Source: Mantamonas sphyraenae STR306
Taxonomy: Eukaryota; Protista; CRuMs
NCBI GenBank assembly: GCA_026936335.1
Contig: JAPMXV010000052.1
Span: 62,001 to 126,000 of the forward strand
DNA length: 64,000 bases
Reading direction: 5' to 3'
Positions 12,513 through 21,165 of the stretch are shown piece after piece; positions within the stretch are counted from its first letter, which is position 1, and the number at the start of each line of letters is the position of its first letter. A program made the translations under genes and the position numbers. The notes beneath the pieces were generated by a model, which worked only from the letters and a program-made list of their open reading frames with translations, did not search any database and was not told the DNA's origin.

Positions 12513-12697
12513 GTATTGTTGGCGTCAGCCGGCTGTGCACACGGGCAGAGCACGACACCTACAACTTAAAGGTGCGCCTGGCGGTGAAACACGGCGACAA
12601 TACCTGCGGGGTTGGTGATACTACCCCGCAGGACCCCTCTTGTGTATGTGTTTTGTGCTCTGCAAGTCTGCCCACGCCGGCTGCGAAATCAAAAATC
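12493..12697 (-). ncRNA. Predicted Fanzor omegaRNA: scaffold ~12697-12513 plus flank-derived guide 12512-~12493
   Basis: Nested stems 12526-33/12676-83, 12545-53/12655-63 and 12555-63/12643-51; 10-bp hairpin 12603-12/12623-32; crossing 7-bp pairing 12513-19/12597-603 (pseudoknot) ending at the element boundary. Confidence 0.7.
12513..12541. repeat. Terminal inverted repeat at the 3' (omegaRNA) end of the element
   Basis: Pairs with 17937-17965; immediately preceded by the TSD CTTCC (12508-12512). Confidence 0.75.
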
Positions 12698-15600
12698 TCA
12701 CTCCTTCCCCCCTCCCTGTACATCCGCTCGTCGCTTCCCAGCAATCCTTGCACTTCTCCTCGTAGGTTGCGCCATCTCTTCCGACTGCCTGTCTTGCTCT
12801 TGCAACGTAACCTCGATCTCCTCCGTTTTCGGCTCTGCATCTCCAAACACGCGCTGCAGGCACGCTTTCAGCTCTTCCTCTGCGCATTTCCTCTTCTGTG
12901 CTTTCTTGCACCTGGGGCTAAATGCCTCTGGCTCCTTTCCCGTTGCCCACAAGCACATCATCCGCCACACGATTCCCTGGCAGCCGCGCACATCGCGATC
13001 CGAGATAACCGGCAGCCCAATCTTGTCCTGAATGTACGCAAACAGAGCCGTGCGGGCGTTGTGGTGGTTTTGGGACCCTCCACAGTGCAGACAGGCCAAC
13101 TGGCGATCCCACTTGGACACAGTGTGCTCCACCGTGCGTGTGAGTGCCCGCCCGCAAATGCACACGCTGGACGTGTGCCACTCAGCCACATCCACCCAAG
13201 GCATCTCCTCTGCAATCAGTGTGTTGACCCTGTTTGACAGTGATAGCCCGCCATAGAATTTGCTCTGCGCGAGCAGCACACAGTGCGATTTTCCGTAGGC
13301 CTTTGCAACCTGCCGCGTGATGCTCACCAGGCGCTGAGCCTCTTGTCGTAGTACCTTTCTGCTGTGTTCATGCTCGGCCCTCCACTTGTGCTTGTCTTTG
13401 TGCTTGTCCAACCGTGCGAGCCGATGCAGGTGGGCCTTCGCTCGCAGGTCTGAGTGCGAAGGGTTGCTGATCTTGTGTTGCAGCAGCTCGTTCCCATCCC
13501 ACACAAACACACAGTATGTGTCTTTGCGTCTCCCAATGTCGTCCACGAGGAACACCGTGTCCTTGACAAGCGACGGGTTGCCCTGGATACCCGAAAAGTC
13601 CCGTTGGTGTTTCCTTCCCGTACGGCCTCGACCAGGCACACGGGCAAGCCAATCGAACCCCAGGTCGAATCCAAACGCCTGCACGACCTGTTTGCCCAGC
13701 CCAGCGCGCTTGGCCGTCACCAGCACGCGCACAAAGTCTTTGGCAAGTTGCCGCTGGGTGTGCACGTCGTGTGCTTTGCTCAGGTTCTCACGTGCATTGT
13801 TGATCGCCCCCCTGAACCCATCAGTGGGCTGGAGGATCTCCTGCAGGTCGTTGGTCTTTGCTGTTGCCTTCGCAGCCTTGTACAACACGACGCGAAGCCT
13901 CCCTTCTGGTGACACACTCCACCCACCGCACCATGCGTCGAGAATCTGTCGGCTCATGCGGGTCACCAGGGGAGCCATGAAGAGCAGCATTGGCAACGCT
14001 GCGAGTGCTGGCGCCGTCAAGCCTGACTTGTTGTCAACTGGCAGACCGTGAACTCGGCGTTGCCAGGACGCGTCGTACTCCGCTACGGACAGATACTCCT
14101 CCGTATACAGGAAGGGAGACGTCTTGACCACGTCCCAATGCGCCAGTGCATCTGCTTCTGACTTCAATGAGCCTGTTGGCAGCAACGCGCCCAAGCCACC
14201 GCCCCGGTTGAAATGCGTTGGGGTGAGAACGAGTTGTTTGTCGTCGCTGTTGAACTGTACACCAGAGTTCTGCAGGTATTGAACGACCGTGTGGTCCACA
14301 GTGTCCTCCGCCTGCTCCTCCCCATCGTCCTCTTGCTCCTCCGTGGTCGTGTCCGTGTCGAAGAACATGCGCACACCCTCGCTGTCCAGAATTTCACCCA
14401 AGCGCTGCAGCATTGTGACACCGTGCTCGCCGTGTCGCTTGGTGTACATCCTCTCCACGTGTTCCCTCCACTCACTGGTCGTGTGCGTCTTCTTCCTCTT
14501 CCAATCCACCAGCTTCCAATTCGTTGTGCTCATTTCGTGGTTAGACAGCGACTTCAGTACCCCGTTCACCGTCCAGTAGTGCAACCTGGCGATTGCACAC
14601 ACAGCGAGGTCTCGCGCCGCAGCCATTGCTGTGGGGTTTCGCGCGTCGCCGCCCAGCAGCTTCAGCGCCTCCGCCACACACTTGCCAAAGCGGATGGGCA
14701 CAGAAGACGCTGTAACCTTTGCCTTGACTTCTGCTGCAGTGAACTTGACCAGGGTATCGACCATATTTGCAGACAGGGCCGGCTGTGGGCGCAGCTCGCC
14801 CGATGCCTCCGTGTTGTCCCTGACGATGGCGAAGGCCTTGGACAGGGTAGCTCCGTTGGGCACAAGCTCTTGATCACAACTCGACAGCGCTGCTTTAGCC
14901 TTTTGCTTTGCAGCGCGCGCAGCGCTGGTCCCGGCAGCTGCTTCGGCGTTCGGTGTCGCGCCGCGCAACAGACTGTTCACGCGGGAGATCTCCTCCTTCT
15001 TCACGTCATTCGCTAGCCGGGAAATAGCACCCAGCTGTGTGGCTGCCTCACAATCATGGTCAGGTGCCCATTGTGACGAAACGGCGGCCAAAGATTTCGT
15101 AACCTCAGCGAACTCTTTCCAGCGCATCATCTGCAGCAGGGATTTGAGCAGACCAAGCTGCGTGGTGTCAAGCGTTGTGTCCTGCTCCATCGCGTTTGCC
15201 ACGCTGCTCGATTGCGACTGCTCCTCGTCAGATGCGTCGATGTCGGTGTCCAACCCCCCCTTCCCGTCCCCTCCACCATCGGCAGTGCCTCCCTGCCTGG
15301 ATTTCAGCCACTTCAGCATTTCCTCGATGACCTTGGCCTCCTCTTCCGACAGTTGCGGACCCCCCTGGGCCTGTGTGCTGGTCAAGGCGCGGAACCCCTC
15401 ACGGAGATCGGCGTCAACAAAGTCGTCATCGTTGCGCGGGAGCACAGAGTGCATGTTCACGACAACCCCCCTCTTGCCATCCTTGAGCTCCACTGCATGC
15501 CGTTTGTGGTATGCAAGTGTCTGTGGCAGCTCTACCGAGACGTCGACCAGTTCAGGCTCTCGCAGCAGATCGATGTTGCCGTCGCACGCCTGTGCGTAGG

Positions 15601-17764
15601 AGCACAGCCTGTTGAGCAGAGCCCAGTCCATGGTATCCGTGCCCAGTGCCTCCTGCACCACGCGTTCTGGCGTGTAGCTGTGCAGAGCATCCGTGCTTGT
15701 TCTTGCGGAGGCAGCGCCAAGAACAGCGGCGTTTTTCACCAATGTCCGCAATTTCTTACGCACGAAAGGCAAGCGAAAGCAGTCTGTTGGTGACTCTGAT
15801 GTCGCTGTCTGAATGATTTGGGTCCTTTCGCGCTTGGTGAACGCCGCACCGACCATCCCGGCGTGGAGGCCACAGAGGATCGCTCCCACGGCGTTCCGCT
15901 TCAGCACCCTGTGGTCCAGCGTGTACTCGTGCAACCCGCCGATGGTTGTCGTGCTTGCCTCTGCGTCCTGGGCCTCCTGGATCGCCCCTTGCAGCTGCTG
16001 CTCCAGCTCATTTTCCACCTCCTCCAACTTGGTCCAGTCCAAGTGCTTTGCCGCAACCACCTGGTTGAACGCATGAATATGGCGTACGGCCTGCTGCAAG
16101 TTGTTTTTGGCGGCCGTAGCGTGTGTTTGTAGCTGCTGGACGCGGTGTTTTCCGCCAGCCTCGCGAGCATTCTCGCCGTCGGAGGCATCGCCGCCCGAGT
16201 CCTCTTCCCGCGTGCCATCGTCGGCTGTGTCCTCATCTTCCTGCATGCCATCATCGTCGGCTGTGTCCTCATCCCGCGTGCCACTGTCGGCTGTGTCGTC
16301 CTCTTCCTGCATGCCATCATCGTCTTTGACGTAAAGCGGAAACTCTGGGACCTCGTCAGGCGACAACCACGCCAGTTGGCCGCTGTAGCCCAACACGTAC
16401 ATGACATTGGGAAGTTTCAGGTTGTTGCTGACCACATCCAGATGCTCCTCCTGGATGGCCTCGCTGATGTTCACCTCGCGCACGGAAGACCCGGATTCAC
16501 AGAGCTCGTTCCGCAACAGCCACACTGCTTGGGCCATACTGACATCTGCAGAACCTGCAAGCGCAGCGGCACGTTTCTGCCGGCTGTTTGCGCTCGTACC
16601 GAGAGCGTGGAAGGCGCAAAGCCGAGACAGAGCACGAGTCGCGGCGATCTGATCACCCGGTGGGCACAATCCGCTGAGAGCATCCTGCAACGAGGGTCTG
16701 GTCGAGACGAAACAGATCTGCTCGTAGTTCGCACTGCGTACAAGGCACAACAGCTGCCTCATCACTTTGTGGCTGCAGTTGAGCGTTGTGGAAGCATTGG
16801 GACTCCTGATCGGGGTCGACGACACCAAATGCAGATCGATGACTAGGGTTGAGGCCTCACGGTTGTTCACATCCCACCCCGTGTGCTGTGTATGTTGCAG
16901 CCCAAACAACTCCTTGCATGGACCGAGTTTCTTGCGCACGCCAGAGTCGGAAATGTTTGCGAGCACCGACTCCACGCCCTCGTATGTCGCCTTCCCCCCT
17001 GCAATCAGCTCGAACAGGTCATCAACCACCTTTTCCTTGTCGCTCCGCGATTCTGACTGTACACCTTCCTCCTGCTTGTCCTTCCCTTTGGCATTCTTCT
17101 TGACCTTCCTCTTGGCCTTCTTTTTGGACCGATTGCCCCTGCTGCTGCTGCTGGTGCTCGCCGATGCCATGGCATCCCTCTGGGCCTGCTCGTTCTCGAC
17201 GGTCTCTAGAACCCTGTGATACACTGTACGTGCCAATTTGAGGGCGTGGAGAGTTGTGGACAGGAGTTTGGTTTCCATGACACGCATCCCCTCTGTGGTC
17301 ACTTTCAGTTCCCCCGCGCTGTCGTCTTGTGCGCCCCGTTCCATGTCTCCCCGTACTGTTTCATGCAGTCCATTCCAGTACACCTGCCATTCGTCCAGGG
17401 CCAGCTCGTCCAGGTGGTCATGCACCAGTTTGGACCGGTCCTTGCCTCGTCGACCTTTCCGTTTCCCGGAGAACTCCAACAGCTGTCCCCTCTCCTCTTC
17501 GTCCAACTCATCTACGCGTGTCATAACATCTTTTGGAAGCTCCTCCTCTGCAACATCGGACTCTGTATCACTGAGCTCATCCTCAGCGTGTGTGACGTCC
17601 AAACAGAGCCGCCTCAAGAGGTCCTCCGATGGAGTCATAGTCAGAGGTGCGGGCGGTTTGAGTAGTGTCGCCACCATGCAGCGCTCGCCGTCAAACTTGG
17701 CGTTGACCAAAGAGGGGATTGATTTGGCCAGCTCCAGCACTTCATCCTCGGCGATGCCTTCCAT
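12698..17764 (-). CDS. Giant Fanzor (TnpB-derived RNA-guided RuvC endonuclease), ~1,688 aa from the first ATG
   Basis: Intronless. RuvC-I VFLVDDIGRR (DD 13538-13543), RuvC-II VDVAEWHTSSVC (E 13181-13183), Zn finger CIC (13154-13162)...RQLACLHC (13082-13093), RuvC-III SDRDV (12992-13000), followed by a Fanzor1-like W..G.EPEAF tail. Confidence 0.85.
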   Translation of the reverse strand: MEGIAEDEVLELAKSIPSLVNAKFDGERCMVATLLKPPAPLTMTPSEDLLRRLCLDVTHAEDELSDTESDVAEEELPKDVMTRVDELDEEERGQLLEFSGKRKGRRGKDRSKLVHDHLDELALDEWQVYWNGLHETVRGDMERGAQDDSAGELKVTTEGMRVMETKLLSTTLHALKLARTVYHRVLETVENEQAQRDAMASASTSSSSRGNRSKKKAKRKVKKNAKGKDKQEEGVQSESRSDKEKVVDDLFELIAGGKATYEGVESVLANISDSGVRKKLGPCKELFGLQHTQHTGWDVNNREASTLVIDLHLVSSTPIRSPNASTTLNCSHKVMRQLLCLVRSANYEQICFVSTRPSLQDALSGLCPPGDQIAATRALSRLCAFHALGTSANSRQKRAAALAGSADVSMAQAVWLLRNELCESGSSVREVNISEAIQEEHLDVVSNNLKLPNVMYVLGYSGQLAWLSPDEVPEFPLYVKDDDGMQEEDDTADSGTRDEDTADDDGMQEDEDTADDGTREEDSGGDASDGENAREAGGKHRVQQLQTHATAAKNNLQQAVRHIHAFNQVVAAKHLDWTKLEEVENELEQQLQGAIQEAQDAEASTTTIGGLHEYTLDHRVLKRNAVGAILCGLHAGMVGAAFTKRERTQIIQTATSESPTDCFRLPFVRKKLRTLVKNAAVLGAASARTSTDALHSYTPERVVQEALGTDTMDWALLNRLCSYAQACDGNIDLLREPELVDVSVELPQTLAYHKRHAVELKDGKRGVVVNMHSVLPRNDDDFVDADLREGFRALTSTQAQGGPQLSEEEAKVIEEMLKWLKSRQGGTADGGGDGKGGLDTDIDASDEEQSQSSSVANAMEQDTTLDTTQLGLLKSLLQMMRWKEFAEVTKSLAAVSSQWAPDHDCEAATQLGAISRLANDVKKEEISRVNSLLRGATPNAEAAAGTSAARAAKQKAKAALSSCDQELVPNGATLSKAFAIVRDNTEASGELRPQPALSANMVDTLVKFTAAEVKAKVTASSVPIRFGKCVAEALKLLGGDARNPTAMAAARDLAVCAIARLHYWTVNGVLKSLSNHEMSTTNWKLVDWKRKKTHTTSEWREHVERMYTKRHGEHGVTMLQRLGEILDSEGVRMFFDTDTTTEEQEDDGEEQAEDTVDHTVVQYLQNSGVQFNSDDKQLVLTPTHFNRGGGLGALLPTGSLKSEADALAHWDVVKTSPFLYTEEYLSVAEYDASWQRRVHGLPVDNKSGLTAPALAALPMLLFMAPLVTRMSRQILDAWCGGWSVSPEGRLRVVLYKAAKATAKTNDLQEILQPTDGFRGAINNARENLSKAHDVHTQRQLAKDFVRVLVTAKRAGLGKQVVQAFGFDLGFDWLARVPGRGRTGRKHQRDFSGIQGNPSLVKDTVFLVDDIGRRKDTYCVFVWDGNELLQHKISNPSHSDLRAKAHLHRLARLDKHKDKHKWRAEHEHSRKVLRQEAQRLVSITRQVAKAYGKSHCVLLAQSKFYGGLSLSNRVNTLIAEEMPWVDVAEWHTSSVCICGRALTRTVEHTVSKWDRQLACLHCGGSQNHHNARTALFAYIQDKIGLPVISDRDVRGCQGIVWRMMCLWATGKEPEAFSPRCKKAQKRKCAEEELKACLQRVFGDAEPKTEEIEVTLQEQDRQSEEMAQPTRRSARIAGKRRADVQGGGKE
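16206..16324. repeat. In-frame ~66-bp tandem duplication inside the Fanzor ORF
   Basis: tcccgcgtgcca at 16206 and 16272; cttcctgcatgccatcatcgtc twice; encodes DDGMQEEDDTADSGTRDEDTADDDGMQEDEDTADDGTREED. Confidence 0.85.
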
Positions 17765-17936
17765 GATCTTGCGGGTTGGGTGCGCAGGTGCTGGCACGGG
17801 CTCAGCACGTGGCCAATTGGCACCCACCAGCTCGTTGCGATGGGGCGATGGGGTTGAGATCTGCCTACAGGAACACTACGCTCCTAGTTTCCAGCCGGAA
17901 ACATGACTTGTGTGACCGCTGGTTGGACAACGAGAC

Positions 17937-17965
17937 TGTGCACAGCGCGCTGGTTTGGACAATAC
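17937..17965. repeat. Terminal inverted repeat at the 5' end of the element
   Basis: Reverse complement matches 12513-12541 at 21/29; immediately followed by the TSD CTTCC (17966-17970). Confidence 0.75.
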
Positions 17966-18215
17966 CTTCCTGCGACACGTTGGCCATGGACGTCTCCATG
18001 AAGGAGTAACCCTCCTCGTTTGTGACCTTGTTGCTGCAAACAAGGACCCACAAACACCCGTCCTTGAAGTACACGGCGAACGCGCTAGTGGCGTGACAAC
18101 GCGACCAGATCAACTTCGGATGAAGACACCTTCCCGAAAAGCCAAAGAATGTGGTCCAATGGGTCGTCCTTGCTTGCACCAGTTTTCCAAACCGTTTTTG
18201 TTTTCGCTTCAACAC
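17966..18215 (-). pseudogene. 5' half of the reading frame interrupted by the Fanzor element
   Basis: Part of ORF 17865-18215, reading ...SFMETSMANVSQEG, where EG is encoded across the TSD; continues in frame at 12507. Confidence 0.45.
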
Positions 18216-18320
18216 TCATCTGCGACAGTTGTGCATCCGGGAGCGCGTCCCCTGCACCAAGACATGCTCAAGATCATCAACTCCCTTTGATTCAATTCAC
18301 CCTTTGTCCTTCATGCTGTT

Positions 18321-20355
18321 TCACTTCCTTCCAAAGCCCTCTGTGTTTTCAATGGCGAGCAGCAGCCGTTCCTCGAGCACGGCTGCCGAGTTGTACTCTG
18401 GCAGCAGCAACTCGTTGAAACAGGTGGCCGACATGGGAAGCTGGTCGGAATGACCGCCCGAGCGAGTGATGAGCAGTTTCATGTCGCCAATGCCTTTGTA
18501 GGGCACACGGTCGGAGCCTGTGGTGAAGAAGAGAAACTTTCGCTGCTGATCCGGCGGCATGCGTTGCAGCAGATCCCAAAGCCATCGGATGACCTTGTTG
18601 TTTGCTGTGTACCTCTTGTACTCGGTGACACTCTGCAGAAAGTCCATGTCGATGACGGGAGACCCACAGATGAGCAATTCAAGCTCTTCCGGGCGCAACA
18701 ATTGCATGGCCTTGCCACCACACACCAAGTTGAAAGCCGTAGCAAATGCCTCAAACTGCTTGCTGATGGAAATGTTAAAGTACCAGTCGAGGTAGCCCTG
18801 CACGTACTGCAGGCGATTGTCGTTGGTCACTGCCACGTCCTGCCCTCCCTCAAACAGCTCATGTGTTCGCTTCTCCCCGTACACTTCGTATTCGATGGCA
18901 AACGTGGTGCTAAACGTCTCTTCCACGTCGCCCTCAAAGTCCAGCAGCTGCTGGAAGCTGCGTGCCAAGATGGGATTCACCTGGTACAGATCCCGCAGCG
19001 TCGGCGGATAGCCCATCAGCTTCTTGTAGATGACAAAGGGAAAGTGCAGGTCGAGGATAACCCCATTGTAGATGGCCAGGCCGATAATGATCCCCACCAG
19101 GGCGTACTCAGACACGCTCTCCAGCGAACCCACGGCAAAGTTGAACAGCCGCGTCTCCTCGTCGTACGTAAACATGCCATACTGCGGATTGAAGATTTCT
19201 CGCACAATCAACTGGAAAAACTCTTTCTGCAGTCCGCCTGCGTCGATACCCTCCTCGCCAGCAAACTGCACCTTGAGCTGCTTCTTCAGTTCGTGGCTGC
19301 GCCCAGAAAGCTGGTGTAGGGCGTCCTCGATGATGTGATTGCGACGCACGCGCAGCAACAGATAGGGCGACGACATCACGCCGCGCATGAGCCCCGCGGC
19401 CACCGTGTCGCTGGCAAGCTTTTTCATCTGCCATTCCGCGTCGGTTTTCAGGATGCGGTTCTTTGTGGCCAAGTTCAGGATGCACGGATAGCGGCAAAAG
19501 GTAAACTCGGGCGACTGGCGCAAATACATCGCGTAGTCCACCTCGACGTTGAGAAAGTCGTTGACACGCTGGTTGTAAAAGTTGGCGTACAGAGTTTTCT
19601 GGTGTCCCAGCTCATTGGAATAGTCTGTGGGCGGGCACGAGGGAGCATGTGAGTGTGTGTGGAAGAAGGAGAAAGGGGAGAAGAAAGACGGCGGCGATGG
19701 GCACAGGACAATGAGCACGTACACAGAAGCCCGAGGACTCGGGTGGCAGCGATGACGGCGTAGTCGCGGTGCATGCCCTCATACCCATCGTATCCGTAGC
19801 CTTGGGACTGGATGCGGTGGAGGATGGCCTGGTGGAGGATGGTAACAAGGCGCTCGAAGCCCTGACGCGGGTACTTGGACCACGAGAGAATGAGGAGGTC
19901 CTGATACTGCTTGGAGAGGCAGGCAATCATCTGTGCCACCTTGGCCAAGACATCTTGGTACTCAGTGGTGGCCAGGAACGGATTCTCAAGCAGCACAATG
20001 AACATGCGCACGTCGTTGACGTCGAGAACCTCTGTTCGTGGGTTCTCCAGCAGCTCCTCGATGGCCTTGCGCAGGTTCTGCTGCATGGACTTTGTGCCAT
20101 TGGCAATAAGCGAATAAAAGACGTTGACCAGGTGTGTGTCCAGTGCGCTGCTGCTGTCGCTGCCGCCCGTTACATCGACGCTGTTCTGCAGCTGTGTCTT
20201 GACCACTTTGTAATCCACATCGGGTTGCAGGTACTTGGCAATGCTGAGCGAGCGCTGTTCACGCCCGTTTCCGTCCTGAGACCGTGTGCTCTTTGTCCGT
20301 TTGATCCCAAACAAGGACAAAGAACGGCCTCCACTTCCGCCTCCACCTCCACTGT

Positions 20356-20392
<37 letters not shown>

Positions 20393-21131
20393 ATTGGACA
20401 GAAGCTGCGTGTCGTCCGAGTCTCCTTCTGGGTCGTCGTCGCCGTCCAAAGCGTCAAAGGAGGCAGAACTGCTCGAGCGTCCGAAACTGAAGAACGACCG
20501 CTTCTCCTTGCTGCTGCTGCTGCTGCTGCTGGTAGACGAAGAAGAGGAAGAGGAGAAGAGACACCACTGGTGCCGTTGGCGCCGCCTGAAAGATCGACAA
20601 GCTCAATGTCGCCGATGTCCGAGGTATTGACGTCTGCTAGATTCAACTCGAGCTCATCGCTGTTGGCCACCGTGTCTTCGACAGTGGAGGCACTCTGGTT
20701 GGAGAAACTGGCCACAAGGGAGCGCTGGTTGGTAAACACCTCTGTGACGAGGGCGTTGAAGGCCTTGACCGTGGATTTGGCGTTGTTGCTCTCTTCGAGC
20801 TGTTGCACCCAGTCCACAAGGGTCTGCTTGTTGATGACGGCCAGTTCCTCCTGTTGCTGTTCTGTGCAGATCAAAGGTCGGGCGTAGGGAGCAGAGGAGC
20901 CATAGAGGGTGAGGGAAGAGCCGGGAAAAGGGCAGCAAGCTGGAACAAACACGTACTGGTTGCCTCCTGCTTCATCAGATCGATGATGTCGTCCAGTTCA
21001 TACTCCTCCTCTTTCTTTTCAACGAGAGAATGGAGCACCTTCATCACAACGTGGATGTCGATGCCCTCGTCTCGGGCTGTGAGGTCGGAAAAGGGCGGCC
21101 GGAAGAGAGTGGTCAGCAAACGTCACCCGCT

Positions 21132-21165
<34 letters not shown>

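Larger units (their letters stand above)
12513..17965 (-). mobile_element. 5,453-bp Fanzor-carrying transposon with 29-bp imperfect TIRs and 5-bp TSD (CTTCC)
   Basis: Left end 12513-12541 gtattgt-tggcgt-cagc-cg-gctgtgcaca versus reverse complement of right end 17937-17965 gtattgt-ccaaac-cagc-gc-gctgtgcaca (21/29 identical, no gaps); CTTCC at 12508-12512 and 17966-17970; the empty site restores an ORF. Confidence 0.8.

Noticed and set aside
12558-17869. CCTACA direct repeat (12558-12563 and 17864-17869) as an alternative TSD
   Set aside because: No adjacent inverted repeats, it would cut through the predicted RNA stems, and the rejoined site gives no open frame. The CTTCC boundaries satisfy all three tests.
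17765-17875. GTG start at 17827 or an upstream spliced exon for the Fanzor
   Set aside because: A eukaryotic context favours the first ATG (17764). The frame closes at 17876 and the element ends at 17965, leaving little room for another exon; not excluded without RNA data.
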